From positions 1,116,001 to 1,180,000 of the forward strand of contig JAYWIR010000010.1 in the NCBI GenBank assembly GCA_036172245.1: a stretch of DNA of 64,000 bases, written 5' to 3'. A program made the position numbers and the translations under genes. Source of the stretch: Raillietiella orientalis. Its lineage: Eukaryota. Each line of letters starts with the position of its first letter. Within the stretch, counting starts at the first letter, position 1. The notes under the pieces were generated by a model. It was not told the DNA's origin. It did not search any database and was given only the letters and a program-made list of their open reading frames with translations. This document shows, piece after piece, positions 13,190-25,450 of this stretch.

Positions 13190-13800
13190 TTTGGCGGATT
13201 TGGGAAAGATCCTCCAGGTTCGAATGCGCCGAGACTGCAGCAGGTGACCTGAACTTCCCGTGGCGGTCCTCGCTACAAGAGGTGGGATCTCCCAAAGCAG
13301 CTTTCTGGGAACGCGGAGGAGAAGAAGAAACCACCTAGCGTGCGAACTTTGACCGAACCCGGTTCCCGGGGTGCTGAGCTTCGCGCGCTGGCATCCCCCA
13401 CAGGCGGAACGTCACCGATTTGCGAGATGAACTCGGCATCTCGGATGAAACATGACCCTGTCCAGTGCCTTTTGCTCGTTCGGCTTCCCAGCTCGGGATG
13501 CACGCAAGAGGACCTGGCGCCCTTCGCTTCTCTCCGCGATGCACTCCGGTTTCCCCAGCAACCGGCGCGAACAACCGAGCTGGGGTCCACACCCGCGCCA
13601 CGTCGTAGCACGTAGGGCTTCCCTGATGCGGACCTCTCGCTCGAATGACTCGCGCACCTGCGATCCCCGGGTCCCCGGCGGGGACTCGAGGTACGCTGCC
13701 AGCGCGAGGCAGCCCTGGCGACCTCTCGCACGCACGAAAGAGCCGGAGTCCATCGCGCCCGTGGCCAAGTGCTCCTTCTGCTTCCGGAGAGCGGCGGTGG
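13190..13800 (-). pseudogene. Highly decayed, intronless tyrosine-kinase domain (processed pseudogene?)
   Basis: Motifs in kinase order and spacing: EHLATGA (subdomain I), ESFEREVRIREAL (alphaC, 13626-13646), GDASARSS..VKVRTLG (cf. RDLAARN..VKI.DFG), SLG..TWRIF (cf. SFG..LWEIF, 13205-13219). Catalytic residues are lost. Confidence 0.4.
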
Positions 13801-14164
13801 CCTCCGGCTGAGCTGGTCTCATTCTGCATCGGGGGCAATCATCGCGGGTTCTCGGAGGACCTTTTGCAGATCTTCACCCTATCGTCCCCGTGGAAGAAGC
13901 GTGTGGCCGCCACCCCGGAAAGCCGCTGATGAGCGCCACCGTCCGCCTGCGAAAGGCGACGAAGTTGACCAACCCGGGACGTCAATTACAAGGAGGACCC
14001 AGAACCATTGTAGGCAGACTGGCTCGAAACCACCTTCCCTGCCGCTGCCCGATGCAGGACATCGGGAAGCACCTTCCACCACCCTGAGGCTGGTCCATCC
14101 CATAACCCGCTGATTTACTACCCATCCTTCTGCTTCCCCACTCCTTCCCAGCTCCGCTGTCAAT

Positions 14165-14977
14165 GACGCCAGGACGTTTGTTTTCCAAGGAAAATGAACG
14201 GACGAGTCGGGAAGAAGGCAGCTTCCGGAAAAGAAGGTAGAGAAGGTCCACCGACGCGTGGGTCGGGACATCTAAAAGTCCGGACCTGGGGAAGGGGACA
14301 AGGAAGAAAGAAAGCAGTGCGTGGAGCAAGGGTCATTGATGTGTTCCGTTCCTCCTTGAGTAACAGGGAAAAGTCTGGAAGAGTGGGAGGGAGAGAAGAC
14401 TAAAGAAAAAACTAAAGAAATAAAGGGGAGGACAGAGGTCACCAGTGATGGCCGTTCCTTCTTTCTAGAATCGTCGCTACATGCCGGCGAGCTCCTTCCT
14501 GACTTTTTCCAGGAGAGGCCACCTGGCTACCGTCTTCATGTAGGCGGCACTGCCACCCTCTGCTGCGCCTCAAACTCCCGAGAAATGGCAGGCTGCTGCG
14601 GCGATGGAGCGGACGCAGGGTACCGTCCCAACCGCGGTGCCTACCGCGATCCCGCCCCTCACGAAAGACCACCGCAGAGTGCCCTCGGGAGTGTCCCCAG
14701 TGTGTCGCAGGGCCAGCTTCCGCCAAAGCTCCTGGAAGTCATCGCAGCAGTCCAGCAGCAGATGTGGCAACGATTCTATCTCCTCTATCCACCTGGGACA
14801 GTCTGGAGGACTACCAGTGAGGCTTTTTTGGCTTCTTTGGTTTCGCGTCATCCCTTTGCCCCTTGAAGAATTCTTATCTATTTACTTACTTATACTGAAC
14901 TAGCGGCTCGGAAATCCCGGATGAGGAGGCCATGCCGACGGGAACCGCCCGAGTCGAGCACTGAGAACACGAGGGAA
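14165..14977 (-). mobile_element. 5'-truncated L1/Tx1-type LINE (family B), 3' end
   Basis: CPRWIEEIESLPHLLLDC..FQELWRKLA (zf-RVT-like C-terminal Cys/His motif), YMKTVARWPLLE, then a pyrimidine-rich 3' UTR ending AAACGTCCTGGCGT; homologous to 56850-58123 and 59731-60480. Confidence 0.7.
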
Positions 14978-15010
14978 TACACTTTGATCTTAGCCAAAAG
15001 GCCGAGAAGC
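14978..15010 (-). ncRNA. U2: U2 snRNA 5' fragment (approx. nt 4-36), non-functional retrocopy
   Basis: Reverse complement GCTTCTCGGCCTTTTGGCTAAGATCAAAGTGTA matches the conserved U2 5' end and stops inside the branch-point recognition sequence; the rest of U2 was not found nearby. Confidence 0.9.
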
Positions 15011-15149
15011 TCTCTGCTTACTCATTCCCCGCCCTTCTGCGGCCCATGAGGAACAAAACGAAAGAGAGCCTTGAGATTTCAGGAGCAGTCTTCGCGAAGT
15101 GAGGGTGCCTTTGAAGAACCAGCTGTGAGGTCGGCAGCAGATGTCAGAG

Positions 15150-15720
15150 CTGTGAAATTTCTCTCCCGCTTGGCACCCACTCTGCCTGGAGCCGGGAGGA
15201 GCGAAAAAGTGTGGCTTCCTCTGGAACCAGTTCTTCCAATCGATCACCCGAAGCTGAGGGTGCGCGTCGAGTGGCCCAGAGCTCATGCCCTCAGCGATCC
15301 CACGACCTGTGGAAACAAAATCTTCCCCGAATCTTTGACCGAAGTCAGGACGAACGATCGGCCTCACGAAACACAGTTTGACCATCTGACCGCATGTCTT
15401 TATACTACTTGAGTACAGCTCCATCATGTTTCCACGAGAGACCCAAATATCTTCCATGGCATCATTTTCCTCTCCTGGAGAGACTCGTTCAGCATCCTTT
15501 TTGACCAGCTGGGAGCCCTCGCACGAGCGCTACCAGAATGGTTCGTGGTCGCGGAGCCGCTTGCCCTCGTCTTGGAAAAGTTGCGCTCGAACGAAGGGGT
15601 CCAGACGCCTCGGATTCGGGGAGACCTGCACGTCGTATTATTTACCGGGTCCATCTTCCGCATTCTTTCGGGAAGTTGCGGGAAGGAGGAAATTGCGTTC
15701 TCCAACCTGACACATGGTGC
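15150..15720 (-). mobile_element. Decayed Sola-like DDE transposase fragment
   Basis: QLFQDEG, SPGEENDAM (cf. C.GQNKN..M) and LCFVRPIVRPDFGQRF..IAE..PQL.VIDWKNWF (cf. F..GHT..PD..FG..QL..YDW..F) occur in order. Confidence 0.35.
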
Positions 15721-18700
15721 ACGCTTCGGTGTTCTTCGGATGGGGTTGGATCGCCTGCCGCCGCGCGAACCCGGACACGCTCCTCTCCACGCAGGCGGGG
15801 ATGGACAAGTGGACCATGATGGGGATTCCCTCCGTCCCTTCGGCCCCTCGGCAATGAGGACCGGCAAGAGCAGCTTGCGCAGCCGCCTCGGAAGCCGCTG
15901 GAAGCGACCGCCACAGCAACTTCCCTTAGCCTAGGAGGGTCCCCACCACCAGTCTAGGTCGCGCTGCCCCGATTTTTCCGTTCGACAGCATTCGCGGCGC
16001 GACTGCTGGCAGCGTCTACCGACCTAGGCGGGACGTGGACGGCCCGTGCCGCGCATTTCGTGCTCGCGTCGTCATGATGAGCGAGCCAGCTCGAGGCACC
16101 ACGTGCGCCGCAGCTCTGGGAGACGTCATTGAAGGTGTTTCATCCGACCTCTCCGCGACCCGCTTGCCGCTTCTGGCAGGGCGGGAATTCTCCCGACGGG
16201 TGGCGGGATCGATCAAACTTCCGGGCGGGAACCAGCTGCCGGGAGCAGCAACCCCGAGGGCTCGTCCCGAGCGGTCACAGTGAGTTCCTCCGGGAAGGAC
16301 TGCTTGGGATTCCCCCTCGATGATGCTGATCGCACCTCCTCCTTCCTCTCTCTTTCCCGAGAGCGCTCTATAAGCATTCGTTCCTACCCTCCTTCCTCCC
16401 CCCTTCCTCCTCAGGAGTTGAAGAACATACTGCGGTGGCGCTCTTCGCACCTCCACCCTCTGGCTCAAATCTCGGCCCGAAGGCAAGATTGCCTATCCGA
16501 ATTGTGCCAGATGCGGGGAGGAGGGATGGGGGGAGGATTCACTCCTGCACCTGCTTCTGGACTCAGTGATGTTCCTTCGCCCCCAAGTGGACACTCCGAA
16601 GGACTAGCTTAGGGTGCCTTCCCACGCGCGATGGCCAGCTGCAAGGATCGCAGCGCCGCGCCGCGCCCCCGGCGTGGGAGGAAAAAGGGAGAAAGGGTCG
16701 CGCGTCGAGCAGAGAAGCCACCGAGCCACCTCCACTCCCAGCAGGAAGGCGGGGACGGTGTCACCCTACTCGGATGCAAGAGTAACCTTCCCCCCATCTT
16801 GAAATGGACGCAAGGCACTAACGGGAAGGCTGCCGTGACCCCACGGTTGTTGCGTTTTCTTTGCTTTCCACCCGAGAGTCATTCCCTCCCTGAACCCGCT
16901 GCACATTTCGGCAGGGGGGAAGCCAGCTTACGAGCCGGACGCCCTTCTAGGACTTGCAGCTCACCCAGGACCCAGCGCCCTACTCTGCCCCCGCTTGCCT
17001 CCCGCGTATTTATCGGATATTGTCGAGCCCAGAAAACTCTCCAGCGCGGCCGGACGAGAATTCTCCACAGAAAAAGCGTGAGTATTTCGGGGGGAAAATC
17101 GAAAGGATGGTTTACCACCGCTCCGGCAGCATATTCTTTATGGACCGCGATTCCGTGCTCATACCAGCTGGAGAAACTGGTCGCTCGCCATTCAGGCTCC
17201 TCCCGTCTCTTCCGCATCCTCATCGTTCCGCTTCCCCATGGCAAATTACAGTAGGAGCGTTCCATGCCGGCAGGACGATTCCATGTCTGCAGGAGAGGTT
17301 CGATCCCGCGTCCCCGAGCTCGGCGCCCTGCCTGAGGCGTTCCGATGGGTGCCCGCCTTCGCTCTCCGAGACGCGCGCCTTCAAGGAACGCGAGGGAGGG
17401 GGCGCACCGGGGCTGAGAGGGCGGACTCGTCGCCGCGATGAGCCTCCCTGCGGCCCGAATCGGCAGCTTCTCTTTAGGGTACTCACAGGAAGTTCAGGGC
17501 GAGGCGCGCTCAGCAGGCTCTTCTACCGAGTCGGACGCCAGAAGATCTCCTCGGACGACTTGGGCGCGGGACTAGCGCATTTCGCTCGCCGCGACCCGCC
17601 ATCCCGGCGGTCCCACGGGGATCGCTCGCCTGGACGTTGCGGTCCTCCATTGGAGAGAGGCTCCACGGGGTTCGACCGCCGCGCCCGCCCGAGGCGGCAT
17701 CCCCTGAGCGCTTCCATCACCTCCTCGTGCAAGGATTGCACGCACGCGACTTCTTCGCGGCAGGAGATCCAAGGCGTGGCTGCAGGTCCACGTCAGTTGT
17801 CTTCCGCACTCGAGAGAGAACCCGCCACCCGCCTTCTGCGCTCTGCCCCTTTGGCGCGGCTGTCTGGCAGCGCCAAAGAGGCAAGGCTGTTGGAAGGGAC
17901 GCCGTCGGTGGTCCAGGAGGTGCAGTTAAACCTCTCGTTCCGAACCAACCACCACTCCCTGTCTTCCCCTGAGAGCGTGCTCATGGAAACTCACAAGTGT
18001 TCCCCTCGAAGAGTGGTCTCCTCCCACGATCGCAGCTGAAAAGGTCAAACCGATGGTTCAATTCCTGCACTAGGAGCTTCCGGAAACTCGAGCTGCGTAC
18101 GCAGCGCTGCTCGTGATCGCGCGACCTGGTCCACGCCATCAGTCCAGTGCAGCTGCACGTCGCAGAAACTCTTTCCTCAGCTGGGGCGTTTCTTCTTTCT
18201 TTGCGAAACAGATGCGCATCTTCGCTGGAACACAGTTGTATCGCTGGGGCAGAAGAGAAACTGCCTCGTCAGTAATTCGTCATCCTTTCATAATGATCAT
18301 TTATTTCGCTTCCATGTTTTCCTGTTCCGTGATGTTGGCTACAACAACTTCCGGATTACACGTCACCGCCTCTTTCAGGAGACGCCTCAGCTACCGCGGC
18401 GAGCCGAGATCTGGACGAGGCAGCGCGTCGAGTGAGCGAACTGCCTAGGTGCAGTTGCAATCATCATCATCATCATCAGTGCGCATCGCTACTACTGAGC
18501 TTCTTAGCGCTCGTGACCTTGAAAAGTGTGGTTCGGTTATCGATCTTCATTTACTTCCTTCACTGTGCGGTCGACCGGATGGTTGCTGCCTGGTTTGAGA
18601 CCTCCCTCCTCGCGACAGTCTCCTCTGCCGACACAGAGACCTTCCGACTCACGCGCTGCCAAGGCGCATTCTCATCCTTAGAAGTTTGGTTAAAAGTGGA

Positions 18701-19399
18701 TCCTTAGCGTGCTTGGCTCCAGGGTGAAGCGCATCCTGAGCTCTGCGACGAAGGGGTGGCCTGTGATGCGTTGCTTAAGGCCGGAAGCGAAGCCGAGCAT
18801 CGGCAGCTCCTGTCGAGTCTCGGCGTCAGGAAAGAGATCGCCGGTGTCGCTTCGGCGCGCGGATTTCTCTCCAGTGCGGTGGCGAGAATCAGCAAAGCCG
18901 TTCTCGCCAACCACCACGCAGCGTAGACACGGCGCACCTTGATCGCGAGGAAAAAAACTTACACAAAAAAAAAAATGCCGGACATCCTGTAACCCCTTGC
19001 CCCAAGTTAGATGACTTTTCGGGTCTCGAAATTCAATCCACCGTTTGCCTGCAGCAAACAGCGGTGCTGCTTGCCTGCACGTACGTGTCACGCCATGTGT
19101 GCTTGCACTGCATTGGTATGCGAGACGCTGACGCGATTCGGGCAAGTGCGTGCTCGCGTGCGCTCCTTCTGAGAATGCTTTACTTCTGCCAGAAGGAGAT
19201 GGCTCGCTCTGGAAAGACCTCGGCATTGGCAAAGCCAATCCCTCGACACTGGAAGCAAGCCGTGGGAGAGCCGCCTTCCGTTTGACGGGAGGAGTCCCGT
19301 TCAACCTTTCGACTTTCGCTGGCCGGCACTCTAGCCGTTTCGGTTGTTCTGAACGGGAAGAACGGGTCACTGCTCAGACAGACGCATGAGGGGAAGAAA

Positions 19400-19770
19400 A
19401 AAAGCTCTCTGTGTGCTTCCACGCTCGCGCAGGAAACCGACTTCGCATGCAAGAAGACAACTCGTGCGGTTGGACCCTCTGGCACCAAAAATACTCCGAA
19501 TTCCGATTGGAACGGTACCGGGGGTAGGTGGGAGGTGGAGGTGGGGAGTGGATAAAGTCGCAAAGATGCACAAGGGTTGCAATGTGTTGAGTTCACCGTC
19601 CGTTGGATGACCTTGGAACGCACCATCCAACGTTGGTCTTTCTCGATGTACAGTCCGAGGCAACGCATGCGTGCGTGCACGTCTGGCCTTTGCGATCCTC
19701 CGATCAGGTAGTGCTCTGCTGGCATGCAGCACTCGGTCTGGATCAGCTCCGCGCTGAGATGTCCCCATGA
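19400..19770 (-). mobile_element. Non-LTR RT C-terminal remnant (CR1/L2/Jockey-like)
   Basis: RCLGLYIEKDQRWMVRSKVIQRTVN matches the KYLG..ID..L.W..H...I..K thumb motif. Confidence 0.45.
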
Positions 19771-19821
19771 AGCAGGGCTGAGGCCGAAGGTCCTGTGTCT
19801 TCCGAGATCCCATCCGAGATC

Positions 19822-20385
19822 CACGCCACCCGAGGGTGAGTGTCACTCTTCAAGCTGAAAGGGATACCTCGGGGGGGGACCACCCTATGATTCCATGAAG
19901 GCTCCGGAGGAAGGTAGTCCAGGGCTTGGCAGGGGAACGCTGAAGACAACCTTCGTTCTGGTTGTCTTTGAAGGGAACCCCAAAGGGAGCCTCCTCCTTA
20001 TTCTCTGCGGTGGGACCTCCTCAGGTTTGTAGGGGTCGCTCTTCATTTCTTCTCCGAAGGGAACCCAGAAAGGATCCGCTCCTGGAATTTCTTTTCCGGA
20101 GGGACCCCCCGGAAAAGATCCGTTCCTTCCTTCCTCCTCTGAAGAGAGTCCCGAAGGAACGCTTCCCAATTTCTCTGAAAGGGTCGCTCCCGGAAGGGAC
20201 CAGCACGCTTCTAAACACTCTGGAGAGCCAACCCCGAGGGGGAAATCAACCAGCTCCACGGGAACGCGACAGCCCCATTTTCACGATTGGAGAGGAACCT
20301 CGAAGGAGTCCTTGATGTCCTGGAAGGATCCTGGAGAGTCGACTTCTATTCCCGGACGGTCAACGGGGACATCCGGGGGCTTCCA
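19822..20385 (-). mobile_element. SINE family A, copy lacking the tRNA head
   Basis: Reverse complement aligns with ~12420-12910; clearest example of the internal TCTCCGAAGGGAACCC repeat units. Confidence 0.8.
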
Positions 20386-21429
20386 TTAGTGCACTCGAAT
20401 ACGCTAACCAGAGTGCCTTGTTCTCGGAGTCGATACCCCCCCCCCCCATCAGAGGAAATGGAAGCGCACCTCTAGCAGAACAGAATTGACTTCTAGCGGA
20501 ATTGCGCGGAGACGGCCGCAGCTACGCCGCTGTCGCGGATCGCAGTCTTCCGGTCTTCGGGTCTGGAAACAGCGAAGCAGAACGGAGGAAACAATCAGCA
20601 GAATTTGCAGCTCCATCATGGTGTTCGTGTGCCGCGCCAAGTGCCCCCTTGGGAGCGAACGACCGGTCCGTTTTGTTGTGTGTCCTGGTTCCACGCTCAG
20701 CCAACTCGACCGTCCGCAGCTTCGCCTGACGTGGATCGAGCCGCGAGAGCGGAACCCCAATTCCCTAAGCTAGGGACGCCGACAGAACAGACGTGAACAT
20801 CTCCAGCTGCACAGCGACCCCCGATGAAACGCGGACCGATGGGACGAGACCTGAGCGCTCCCATCCTGAGCAACATCTCGGGAAACATGCACTGCGAAAA
20901 TGCTCCACTAGCAGAGAACGCCCGGGGCTGTCTTGAGTGCTGGTCTATCAACGTCGCGCGGTACGTGGATCAGCATGCAGCCAGTCCGTAGGTGAGCGAA
21001 GGCGGATGGAAAAACGTGCTCGGTCCGGAATGTCCTCGTGAGTTCGGAGGCGTAGCCACAGCAAAGTCGCGTCCGCGTTGCTGGGAAACACCCGAGCCTC
21101 GAGGGCTGCTGCAGTGGTTCCTGCATTTTACGCGGCAAGCTGTTGGGTTTGGGGGTCTTTCGCTTCCCGTCGCGAGCCACGCCGGCGCAAACCACCGAAC
21201 CACCGTCCTCTGCTTGCGACGTGTCCTCTCCTGGATTTGGATCTCCCGGTTTTCATAACGCTCTTCCGACCACTCGACTCTCGGTGGCGGGAGGCTTCTG
21301 AAAAAACTCTTCGGCCATCCTTCGCACCCGCCCACGCCGGATCCATCCAAGTTCCCGTCGCATGCTCCCCTCTCCCCTATCTTCGAGGGGGAAATTTCAT
21401 CTCGTTCGTCAATCCCGCGCGGTCGAGAT

Positions 21430-21840
21430 GCTTCCGCTTCACCTTAGGAACGGAATTGAGTTATGGTGAAGAACTGCCAAAGACTTGGCAAGCATCTCAG
21501 ACGACCCTTGATGGAACAGTCTAGACAGGCCCTCTCATTACACTGGAGACCATGTCCAGGCTGCTTTGGATCCAAGAGCGCTCCTCCTGCTTCCGCATTA
21601 AGTCCCGCTCACAAGAAAAGGGGACATCCCTGGTTTCACGCGTTTGCACTCTTCTGAAAGGTGCAATCTGAAGCTCTCTAAGTGTAGTTGAGGGAGGGGG
21701 TATTAGGTATGGAGAGAATGAAAGGGAACCTGACAGGTAAATCCACGCGCAAATTTAGGAAGAGAGTGCTTCCTCGAAAATCGCATCTGAAGACCCATGG
21801 CTTGTGCACATCCCTCAGCCACCCACGGACTCGTTTGGAA
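21430..21840 (-). mobile_element. Decayed non-LTR RT core fragment
   Basis: RDVHKPWVF (cf. D..KAFD), DLPVRF..I (cf. G.P..F...I) and V.QGCPL (cf. GVRQGCPLS) occur in order. Confidence 0.35.
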
Positions 21841-21869
21841 ACGATGTGGAAGAACGCACGTGTTCCGAA

Positions 21870-22113
21870 CAAAGAGAGAAAGGAAGAGAGGAGGAGGAAG
21901 AGAGAGAAGAGGTAGAAAGAAAAAAAGGAGGAGGAGGAAGAAGGAAGGAGAGAGGAAGAAGAAAGAAAGAAGGGAAGAGGTGGAAGGAAAGAAGAAGGGA
22001 GGAAGGGGAGAAGGAAGGAATGGAAGAGGAAAAGAGAAGGCAGGAAGAAGGGAAGAATAAGAGAAGGGAGTGGAAAGGAAAAAAAAGGAAGGGAGGACGG
22101 AGGAGGAAGGAGG
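21870..22113 (+). repeat. ~245 bp polypurine (GA-rich) low-complexity tract
   Basis: Almost exclusively G/A (GAA/GGA/GAG units) with only a few pyrimidines. Confidence 0.95.
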
Positions 22114-22331
22114 GGCGCACGTGTATGGCCTAATATGATAGAAATTCTTTGGAGGTTCTTTTCTCTCTTCGCTGTTTTCCTTCCAGATATTTTGTTTTTT
22201 TTCTCGAGTTTTCTCTTTTGGGGGGATTCTTCAAATGTCTCGAGGACTGTCGCGCGCCTGGAGGCCCACGAAGGTCTTCAACGCGGCCCCACGCCACCCG
22301 ATGGTGCTCGCAGTAACTCTTCAATTCAGTA

Positions 22332-22470
22332 GGTGACCCTGGGAGGAAACCGTCCTATGAATCCAGGAAGGACTCCGGTGAAGGAAGTCCGTTCCTCTCA
22401 CGCCTGGGGAGGGATCGCCGAAGGGCGCTCCTCGCCCTGATTGTCTCCGGAGGGAACCGAACGCTGCTTC
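22332..22470 (-). mobile_element. SINE family A, 3' fragment
   Basis: CCTATGAATCCAGGAAGGACTCCGGTGAAGGAAGTCCGTTCCTCTCACGC is nearly identical to ~54990-55040. Confidence 0.65.
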
Positions 22471-24699
22471 CCCCTCCCGCTAGTTCGGACGGTGCGCTTT
22501 GAGAGGCTCCCCTCGAGCACGCATCCCTAAGGTAAACAGCGACTCTGTTCAGGTGCTCCTGGTCTCCTGAAAGTGTCGTCGTTTCGCCCAAAGTGTTCGG
22601 CAGCCCGAGATCCCTAGGGATTCTGCAGAAATGGCAGGGAGAATGGTTTCCTGTCCGTAGGCACTCCGGACCTCAACGCGTAGCCCACTGCCCGCAGCCT
22701 GCATCCTGCCATCGAGGATGCCATGGCCCGCTCTGACTCGGCGCCCGTCCGGAAGCAGGTCATCCCTTGTGCGGTTCGGGACCGGGAGGGAGCGACGGAC
22801 GCCAGCTGCCCTCGCCTGAGGGATCATGCGTGGATGCTGTTGAGCGTCCTGCCCACGAACCTGGGGATGACCTCCGTACTGTCGCGCGGCTCCCTCGCCG
22901 CCGCTGCAGCACGGGCGTCCTGCAGGACAGCTGGAAATGCATTTCTGCAGCCCTGCTCCATCCTGAAGACTCCACCACCACCATTCTTCCCTCATATGGG
23001 AGTCTCTCCGCCTGCGCCTCACAGGTGAAGTGCCCTCTCCTGCAGCCTCCTACGTCTCATCAGGAAGGGGGGAGACAGCAAGCACGTGCCTCAGGAGCAC
23101 GTTCAGGACGCGCAGTAAGTTCACTGCGCGTTTTGAATGCGCCACGGACAACGGAAAGCCACGTTCTTCGTGTCCTAATGGCGAGAAGGCCAGAGAAACG
23201 CCTCTCCATTTGAAATCGCTTGCGGCGAGAGCCACGCCTTCGTGGCAAGCAGGCTGATGAAGACACGCAGGAATGAACCAGCCTTCTTCCCCGCCTCCTT
23301 TGTTTATTCTTTATTATTGCCTGTCTCCTTCTCTTCTTTTCAGCGTCTTCTTCGTAGCCGACCTCCGGGACGGCGCTTCATCCCCACCCCTTCCTGAACT
23401 TCCAGGGTTGCATAGCAACCAGCTTCCTGTTCTTGATAAGCGAAAGTCCGCCATGATAGGGTGTAGGAACTCGTGATCCACAGGGTGAAGCCAGCAACTC
23501 TTCCGTCAGCGGCTGTCGACATCATCGGACCAAGCCGTCCTGGCACTTCCCCCTGGCCATCCAGCTTATTGCAGCTGTCAGGAGGATTCGATCCTCAGTC
23601 CTGAACGCAGAACTGAAAGGTCACGTCCGGAGAGATGTCTGAGATGGTTTTGTTAACCCGCAAGCGCAGCGACACGCGAAGCACCAGGGTGGCAGGACTG
23701 CAGGAGCCTTTTGGGCATTTGAGCCGGAAGATTCCAAGATGACGGGCTAGTATGCGACTTGAGATCGTGCCCCTGCGCTCTGCGGGATCTCCTTCAGCCA
23801 TCCTACCGGTCCAGAGCACGCAGAAGCGGTGTTTCCCTCCCCGGAAGGCACCGGGAGATCGAGGGAGGACCGCATTCCGCATAGGGACGAAGCGCCGGTC
23901 GTCCAGCGCTACGGCGAGCTCGCGAGCGCACCTTCGCTGGCACGGGCCGGCCCTCGCTCCCCGCCGCCGATGCGAACAGTGGCGCGAAGAGAAACTCTGC
24001 AACAGAGCGCGCTCGGCTTTAGCCGGTCACGTCGGCGGCGATCCAGTGTGCCCGCTCGATCCCGGCTCGCAGAGGTGCTCGCGGCACTTCAGGAAAGGAA
24101 CCAAAGTCCTCGGAGACCTGCTGTCCCTGCGAAGGGATGACGGGGGAGGCGCGGCCCTCGTCTGCCCTCTAGAGCGGAAGGCGAGCGCCGGTCCGGGTGC
24201 TGGCGGCAGGCTTGCTGAGGATCGCGGGGCTCCATGGAGATCGCGGAGCCCTGCGGGGAACCGCGACCCCTTGAACGCTCGCAGGCAGTGCGAGATCCAG
24301 GATGGGCGTGTGTCGATGAGAGGCGCGGCCTGCTCGAAGATCGGGTGACCGGGGAGGGGGGGGGGGGGGAAGGCGGTCTTGGAGACGGCTAGCGCCGCGA
24401 CGAGAAGTTCCTTCTGCCTCCGGAGAGGGCAGTAGCGTCCTTCCGAACGGTGCGCTACGGGAGGTGGGAGGGGAAAGGCGGCGTCTGCGCAAGGGGACAG
24501 GAGCGGCATATGAAGAATCAGCGGGGACGGTCCAGAGGTGGTCAGGGGAACAGCATGCTGCCTCAGCCGAGGGGTTTCCGGCCCGGCGGTCACTCAGAGA
24601 GGCTGCCTGAAAAGGTGGCGGGAGCTCCGCGCGCGGAGGCGGCGACAGACGGCGCGGGAAGGATGCCAATGGCTGTTATCGATCTTCCTCAGCTTCCGC

Positions 24700-25450
24700 C
24701 CCAGCAGTCCACGTGCTGCAGCTTCCTCCTCAGAAAGACGTCGCTGACAGCTGGGAAATGCGGAGTTCCCAAGCCGGAATTAAGGCGGGTCTTCTCCCAA
24801 AGACGTCCGGGAACATTGGGGCCTCCGACGGGATGCGCCCTCGGACTGTCGCGCGGAACACCGGAGTCTTGGAGCGTCACGTTCCGGCCATTTCGCTTCC
24901 GTTTAGGTCCAGCAGCTGGGGGTCATCTTGGAGGATCGTCTCGGTGCGCACTGGGCAGCGTGAGGACTTGCCGCCTGCATCTTTCGGTCAGATTCTTCGT
25001 AAGCCCCGTATTGGAGGCATTTCGGATTCCCTAGTCCCATTTGTCGTCGTACCTGACCTGGGATTCCAGAATTCCATAGAAGCCACCAGTCCTGCTGGAA
25101 GCTCAAGGTCCTTACCAAGCGATCCCCTTCGTTTCTACCCGATGAGCAGCTAAGTCGCGGGACCCAGGCCGCGTGCGCTTCTCCTGAGCTGTCGTCCAGG
25201 TGAAGCACGAGACCTGCAACAGGTGCAGTGGGGAACATGACTGCAGCGAGCGAGGATAGTTCTCCATCCGACGGATGAGGCCCCACCTCTTGGGGGACCT
25301 GCTTGAAGCAGCTGCAGCATCCTGATGAATTGGCACGGACGTCGCAGTACTAAAGGGACGCGAAGGCTAATGACCACAAAGCGTGAAGACGGCATCCAGG
25401 GTCCCCGAGGTTCCGGTTGAATCTGTCCCCACTCAGTTTTCTCAGCTCTC
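24700..25450 (-). mobile_element. Possible L1/Tx1-type ORF2 post-RT remnant
   Basis: RGGASSVGWRTIL (cf. R.LS..GR..L) and QMGLGNP (cf. GGLG.P); very degraded. Confidence 0.3.

Noticed and set aside
13905..13960. Hammerhead-like CTGATGA...GAAA core
   Set aside because: Lacks the UH cleavage site with correct spacing (ACCC instead), and stem II is weak.
14900..14960. HDV-like ribozyme next to the U2 fragment (CGGCATGGCCTCCTC on the minus strand)
   Set aside because: P2/P3 pairings cannot be built, and the segment aligns with LINE family B coding sequence.
17500..17990. Gag-like relic (also a zinc-knuckle-like stretch at 22680-22930 and a BED-finger-like stretch at 34730-34870)
   Set aside because: Similarity too weak to support without a profile search.
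19960..20190. CRISPR-like spaced repeats
   Set aside because: Units are degenerate, the spacers are shared among SINE copies, there are no cas genes, and the context is eukaryotic.
21797..22133. Lys/Arg/Glu-rich ORFs
   Set aside because: These are translations of the polypurine tract.
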